Shown here: in pieces, positions 24,530-28,306 of the stretch
Layout: each line of letters begins with the position of its first letter
Numbering within the stretch: the stretch's first letter is position 1
DNA from: a virus
Taxonomy: Duplodnaviria; Caudoviricetes
Direction: 5' to 3' (one strand)
Virus record (IMG/VR): IMGVR_UViG_3300024237_000082
Coordinates: 1 to 28,306 of that record
Length of the DNA: 28,306 bases
Translations under genes and position numbers: made by a program
The notes under the pieces: model-generated
Told to the model about the DNA's origin: nothing
The model's input: the letters and a program-made list of their open reading frames with translations, nothing else
Database searches by the model: none

Positions 24530-25437
24530 ACGTTTAATTTTTGTACTTTGTTTTCATTGTGTATTAAATCTCTCCCCATATATTCAAATCCTACATTATT
24601 AACTTTCATTCTTAATTGTATAGGTTGTTCAAACGTGGTAGGTCTTGAACCTGTTTCGTTTTCCTTTATTTTCAAGACGTGGATATTGCTATACATCCAA
24701 TCAGTTGGATGTTGCACGTATCTATGAATACACCAAATATCATCAGCACGTGAACTTATTTTAGAACCACCCTCTGCATCACTCATAGCTAATGGTCTTG
24801 TTAATCCTTCGTATTCGTGTCCTGAATGATGTACTTGACGAAGTGCAGAGGTTACACCGTGAGCATTAACACATATCTGTATGTTATTCTTTTTACTAAA
24901 AATGCGTAATTCAGTTAAACATTGATAATCATACTCGTGCGTGTTACCTACCATCTTTAAAATAGAAGCATCTTTAGCTAAAGAGTTATAAGGGTCTATA
25001 AGTAAACCATCGTAATCCCAAGCATCTTTAATTTGTTGTGCTTCTTTTAACAAACTCTTATAGGTGTACATATCTTCTACGTCTATTATCTTAAAGTGTT
25101 CGTTTGACCATTCTACTGCTTTACTAATTAACTCATCAGTTGCTTCCTGTATTGGTTTACCCATCCTAAATTCTATAATCTTCCTTAAAATAGATTCAGG
25201 ACTGTTTTCACTTGACCAAACAACAAACTTTAAACCGTGTAACTTTGCCCATAATACGTAAAAGTAAATAAGGGTTGTAGTCTTACCTACGTTTGCGTGT
25301 CCTATAGCTATTAACAAATTCTTTTTAAATCTAATGTGTTCATCAATTTCAGGAACTCCAATCTTTAAACCTTCCTTTACTCTTCCGTACTTTATGTCTA
25401 ATATCTTGTCTTGTAATTTCTTTGCTTGTGCTATCAT
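24526..25437 (-). CDS. DnaB-like (SF4) replicative helicase, no primase domain
   Basis: Walker A GHANVGKTT, SSEN, LLIDPYNSL, NAH, SRADD, KIKENETG. Confidence 0.85.
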   Translation of the reverse strand: MIAQAKKLQDKILDIKYGRVKEGLKIGVPEIDEHIRFKKNLLIAIGHANVGKTTTLIYFYVLWAKLHGLKFVVWSSENSPESILRKIIEFRMGKPIQEATDELISKAVEWSNEHFKIIDVEDMYTYKSLLKEAQQIKDAWDYDGLLIDPYNSLAKDASILKMVGNTHEYDYQCLTELRIFSKKNNIQICVNAHGVTSALRQVHHSGHEYEGLTRPLAMSDAEGGSKISSRADDIWCIHRYVQHPTDWMYSNIHVLKIKENETGSRPTTFEQPIQLRMKVNNVGFEYMGRDLIHNENKVQKLNV

Positions 25438-25571
25438 ACCATTCTATTATACTTTTGTTCCATTGCTATTGTTTGTCCTTCTTCTTTTTCTACGTAATAT
25501 CCTACAATTGGATTTACTTTGTAGTTCCAAAAATCGTAAGGCATTTCTTCTCCATCTTTTAACTTTCTCAT
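25434..25571 (-). CDS. Small hypothetical protein (45 aa, MRKLKDGEEMPYDFWNYKVNPIVGY...), not in ORF track
   Basis: Manual translation; ATGA coupling to the helicase. Confidence 0.6.
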   Translation of the reverse strand: MRKLKDGEEMPYDFWNYKVNPIVGYYVEKEEGQTIAMEQKYNRMV

Positions 25572-25576
25572 AAATA

Positions 25577-25604
25577 TAAAAAAAAAGGGGAAATTAATCC
25601 CCTC
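25577..25604 (-). terminator. Rho-independent terminator
   Basis: AGGGGA-TTAATT-TCCCCT followed by a long T tract. Confidence 0.85.
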
Positions 25605-25609
25605 TTAAA

Positions 25610-25942
25610 TTAAAATGGTAAATCTGCTGTTTCTTCTCTTGCAGGGTTTTGGTCTGTGTTGTTAACGTTTCCTATTGTTGCTGCAATCTTCCAACCGTTT
25701 ATACTTGTGTAGTATTTACCGTTGTACTCTTTGCCTCTTAAATTAATACTAACTGTAACAGGGTTTCCTACCTGAAAGTTGTTTATTGATTTTATAGACT
25801 CACCTAAAAAATCTATTGCTAAATCTTGTGGGTATTTCTCTGCAGTAGTTACAACAATAGTTCTCTTTGACCATTCGTTACCTGCTTTAGAAGTTCCTGA
25901 CTCAACGTCTTGAATAAGTTTGATGTTTCCTGTAATTTCCAT
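25610..25942 (-). CDS. DUF3127-family OB-fold/SSB-like protein
   Basis: MEITG, G-SKAG-EW-K, YPQ, NLRGKEYNGKYY, C-terminal DLPF tail. Confidence 0.8.
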   Translation of the reverse strand: MEITGNIKLIQDVESGTSKAGNEWSKRTIVVTTAEKYPQDLAIDFLGESIKSINNFQVGNPVTVSINLRGKEYNGKYYTSINGWKIAATIGNVNNTDQNPAREETADLPF

Positions 25943-25999
25943 ATTTCTACTTTTATTGATTGATTATTATATTTAGTTGTGTAATATACTTTTTTAATT

Positions 26000-26509
26000 C
26001 TACAGTTTTGCAAGTTCATCTTGTACTTTTTTAGATACTTTATACTTGCTTTTAATAGCTTCTACGCTACCTCCACCTTTTATAAATTCTATTGCTTTAC
26101 TAAATTCAGGTGTGTTTTGATTTAACCATTTCTTATCTTCAGTTACTCCACTCGCTACATTAGCATCATCATCTACAGCTTGTAAACCAAGAAGCGAAGC
26201 TAAAGTATATCTTCTATAATATGTAATAGCAGAACCTAACTTCTGTGGGTCATTTATTTCAGGTAGTTTTAAAGCCGATATAACGCCTCCTGTTCCATCA
26301 ATACAAATAAGTTTACTATATACACAATCTTCCTCTATTGGTTGTAATAGAAGTAATTTGTGTTTCTTTAGTAAAGGATTAAGTTGGTTGATTAGTGAGT
26401 TAATGTCAAAATACTTTGACTTGTAAAAAGGATTACTTGCATCCTTACTAATTGTACCTATCTCTTGTTGAAGATTAAATAACTTCTGATTAATGTTTGT
26501 TTCTTTCAT
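26000..26509 (-). CDS. erf: ERF-family single-strand annealing protein
   Basis: NPFYKSKY and QKLGSAITYYRRYTL...DDDA signature. Confidence 0.88.
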   Translation of the reverse strand: MKETNINQKLFNLQQEIGTISKDASNPFYKSKYFDINSLINQLNPLLKKHKLLLLQPIEEDCVYSKLICIDGTGGVISALKLPEINDPQKLGSAITYYRRYTLASLLGLQAVDDDANVASGVTEDKKWLNQNTPEFSKAIEFIKGGGSVEAIKSKYKVSKKVQDELAKL

Positions 26510-26600
26510 AACTTAAAATTAATTGTTCTTTGAGTTTTTCGTTTTCGTATTGCAGTTCTAAAGTCTTACCATAGAGTTCTGCTTTAGTGTATTGTTCCAT
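26490..26600 (-). CDS. Small hypothetical protein (36 aa, MEQYTKAELYGKTLELQYENEKLK...), not in ORF track
   Basis: Manual translation; directly follows a host-type promoter. Confidence 0.5.
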   Translation of the reverse strand: MEQYTKAELYGKTLELQYENEKLKEQLILSYERNKH

Positions 26601-26605
26601 AATTG

Positions 26606-26638
26606 TAAAGTTACAAAAAAAATATTAATAAAAACAAA
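26606..26638 (-). promoter_or_regulatory. Bacteroidota sigma-A type promoter (TTTG-N21-TAACTTTA)
   Basis: -33 TTTG and a -7 variant at canonical spacing. Confidence 0.55.
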
Positions 26639-26670
26639 AGAGGATGCAAAATTAATTACACCCTCTTTTT
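26631..26670 (-). terminator. Rho-independent terminator (possibly bidirectional)
   Basis: AAAAGAGGGTGTAA-TTAATT-TTGCATCCTCTTTT followed by GTTTTT. Confidence 0.75.
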
Positions 26671-26694
26671 ACAAAGAACAATATACAAGAATTA

Positions 26695-27087
26695 TCAAGT
26701 AAGTTTTTTCAGTCTTTCACTATAATCAGCAATCATTTCTTCTAACTCAATATTTGTAAATTTACGTAGTTCCCTACTTTTTTCAAGTAGCTTTTTAGAT
26801 AAGTTATTACCAAGATATAAACTATACTTATATTGTTCACCTGCTCTATATACATTACAAGCTACGCATTGAGGTTTAACATTTCTTTCATCCCAACGTA
26901 TAGAGTAATGCTTTCTACTCATAAAATGCCCTGCTTGAATTTCTTTCCAAAAGAACGTCTTATTGCAAGTAACACAATTACAATATCCATTGTTGTCGGC
27001 ATTGCTCAATCTTATATACTGACTAAATACTACATCAAGTTTCTTAACAAGTTTACTCCTTGTAGGTTTTTTAGCAGTTCTTGGCAT
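26695..27087 (-). CDS. ninG: NinG/Rap-family recombination endonuclease
   Basis: LDVVFSQYIRL, CVTC, QAGHFMSR, RWDERNV--QCVACN. Confidence 0.88.
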   Translation of the reverse strand: MPRTAKKPTRSKLVKKLDVVFSQYIRLSNADNNGYCNCVTCNKTFFWKEIQAGHFMSRKHYSIRWDERNVKPQCVACNVYRAGEQYKYSLYLGNNLSKKLLEKSRELRKFTNIELEEMIADYSERLKKLT

Positions 27088-27096
27088 AGTTTTTTT

Positions 27097-27336
27097 TTAA
27101 ACATCCATATGGTTTAGAAGTAAATTACCATCGGATTCATTAAAACCTTTTATTAATTTATATAAATATTTACTATCTGATTTAACTTTATTTTTTTCTG
27201 TTTTACTAGAATCTATTCCAAGATTTTGATAACTAATAGCATCCATCTCTAAAATACTATCTGTTCTTTCTTTTACAGATAATTGAAAATCTTTAGCAAT
27301 TTTTTCAGCTAATTTTCTTATAGTTAAATCTTCCAT
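27097..27336 (-). CDS. Hypothetical protein
   Basis: 79 aa first gene after an early-type promoter. Confidence 0.6.
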   Translation of the reverse strand: MEDLTIRKLAEKIAKDFQLSVKERTDSILEMDAISYQNLGIDSSKTEKNKVKSDSKYLYKLIKGFNESDGNLLLNHMDV

Positions 27337-27384
27337 TTATTTATATATATATTAAAGTTAGTAATTACATTCCCACTAACCCAC

Positions 27385-27415
27385 CAAAGTTACAATCTTT
27401 TTTTTTAAGATGTAA
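27385..27415 (-). promoter_or_regulatory. Bacteroidota sigma-A type promoter (-7 TAACTTTG)
   Basis: Exact TAnnTTTG at 27385-27392 in the lysis/early intergenic gap. Confidence 0.6.
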
Positions 27416-27443
27416 ACTATTTTAAAGGTAAGTTTTTAACAAG

Positions 27444-27860
27444 TTATTTATGCTTGTTATTTCCAAATACTTTTTCTACGCCTCTTGAACCAAAATATCC
27501 ACCAATCACTATTGATAATAATCCTGTTATACTATCTAATGGATAACCTAAATACCATCCCACTACGTAACTTATTGTAAGAAAAACTAATGTTAAAGGT
27601 CTAACATTACTTGCTAACCACGAACCACTACGTGAATCAGCCACCCATCTACGAGTTGTACCATCTATTTCTGCACGTTCAATATCAAGTTTTTTAAGTG
27701 CAACTTGTTTATCATCATCGGACATTTCAGAACCCCCTATAATAGCTTGTATTACGTTTCCTGCTAACGTATCTCCTGCTACAGCTTCTACTACGTTTGG
27801 TATCTTGTTTAAAAGGAATTTACCTACTTGGGTATCTTTGAACTTCTTTCTATCGCTCAT
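27444..27860 (-). CDS. Holin (3TM/GTA-holin-like)
   Basis: Soluble N-terminus, SWLASNVRPLTL, two hydrophobic helices, GGYFGSRGVEK; next to the endolysin. Confidence 0.75.
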   Translation of the reverse strand: MSDRKKFKDTQVGKFLLNKIPNVVEAVAGDTLAGNVIQAIIGGSEMSDDDKQVALKKLDIERAEIDGTTRRWVADSRSGSWLASNVRPLTLVFLTISYVVGWYLGYPLDSITGLLSIVIGGYFGSRGVEKVFGNNKHK

Positions 27861-27946
27861 TTCTTTTTAGCAGGTTTGTTTTTACCTTTCTTTTGTGCTC
27901 TAGTACAATGACTGTATTTACCTCTACGATTTAATGCTTTACCCAT
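27857..27946 (-). CDS. Small very basic peptide (29 aa, MGKALNRRGKYSHCTRAQKKGKNKPAKKK), not in ORF track
   Basis: Manual translation; fills the endolysin-holin gap; ATGA coupling to the holin. Confidence 0.45.
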   Translation of the reverse strand: MGKALNRRGKYSHCTRAQKKGKNKPAKKK

Positions 27947-27964
27947 AGTGTACTACCTACTGTA

Positions 27965-28306
27965 TTAGTATGTCCAAACGCTGTTAGGTTTAGAGTCATC
28001 GGTGTCGCAATGTATAAAGGTTTTTGCAACTCCAAGTCTTTTAAACCCTGCTTTGATAAGGGCGTTAAGAATAACGTATCTTTCGTTTCCACTTCCAACA
28101 GCAATATCTGCTGCGACTCCAATAAGGTGTGATGAGTTTGGCACTCCACCGACTTGTTCGTTATGCTCTTTTGTTCTATAACCACTTGTGATTTTAAATG
28201 GTATTCCTGCGAGTTCCCTAGCGTGGTCAAGTTTGTAAAGAAAGTTACTATCCATATTCTTACCTGAATCAGGAAGAGAAGGACAGTCAAATTCCGATAA
28301 AGAAAA
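27965..28306 (-). CDS. Endolysin, peptidase M15A family (5'-truncated by window edge)
   Basis: Frame is open to the edge (FSLSEFDCP...); ITSGYR, SSHLIGVAADI and FIHCD zinc ligands. Confidence 0.9.
   Translation of the reverse strand, partial: FSLSEFDCPSLPDSGKNMDSNFLYKLDHARELAGIPFKITSGYRTKEHNEQVGGVPNSSHLIGVAADIAVGSGNERYVILNALIKAGFKRLGVAKTFIHCDTDDSKPNSVWTY

Noticed and set aside
491-27117. All plus-strand ORFs in the track (e.g. 5540..5839, 20911..21381, 23496..23873)
   Set aside because: They are antisense shadows of well-supported minus-strand genes, with biased composition and no recognisable motifs
27391-27415. ATTGTA near 27391-27396 as an eighth late promoter
   Set aside because: The upstream ACA box is at 14 rather than 16 nt spacing, and the site overlaps a perfect host-type TAACTTTG element that explains it better
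27931-28290. 119 aa minus-strand ORF overlapping the endolysin
   Set aside because: It is an alternate frame of a clear M15 peptidase; I see no lipobox or convincing spanin architecture, though an embedded gene cannot be fully excluded
1-28306. CRISPR array, tRNA, rRNA, integrase/att site, IS element, intron or stop-codon reassignment
   Set aside because: No spaced direct repeats or cloverleafs seen; standard-code ORFs tile the window densely and core genes (terL, capsid, portal) are uninterrupted

Overview
This 28.3 kb AT-rich window is part of a tailed dsDNA phage genome (siphovirus-like), and every credible gene is on the minus strand. A Bacteroidota (probably Flavobacteriia) host is inferred from TAnnTTTG-type promoters, AT-rich leaders without Shine-Dalgarno sequences and a DUF3127-like gene. 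In transcription order (high to low coordinates) the modules are: (1) lysis: M15 peptidase endolysin (truncated at the edge), a small basic ORF and a holin; (2) recombination/replication/regulation: NinG, ERF, DUF3127/SSB-like, DnaB-like helicase, ECF-like sigma factor, two methyltransferases, PD-(D/E)XK exonuclease, ParB-N protein and a DnaA-domain-IV-like protein; (3) terminase; (4) a host-promoter accessory cassette; (5) tail genes: frameshifted chaperone, completion proteins, tail tip and tape measure; (6) head genes: protease, scaffold and capsid, then tail tube, portal, adaptor and a fibre-like gene. The main unannotated signals are a chromosomal-type parS palindrome in a small insulated cassette, seven copies of a TAACA-N16-ATTGTA putative phage-sigma late promoter (five placed to give near-leaderless mRNA), a tandem -1 slippery site, a shared putative protease cleavage motif in head proteins, and apparent total avoidance of GATC. 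All family assignments come from motif recognition by eye; no database searches were run.
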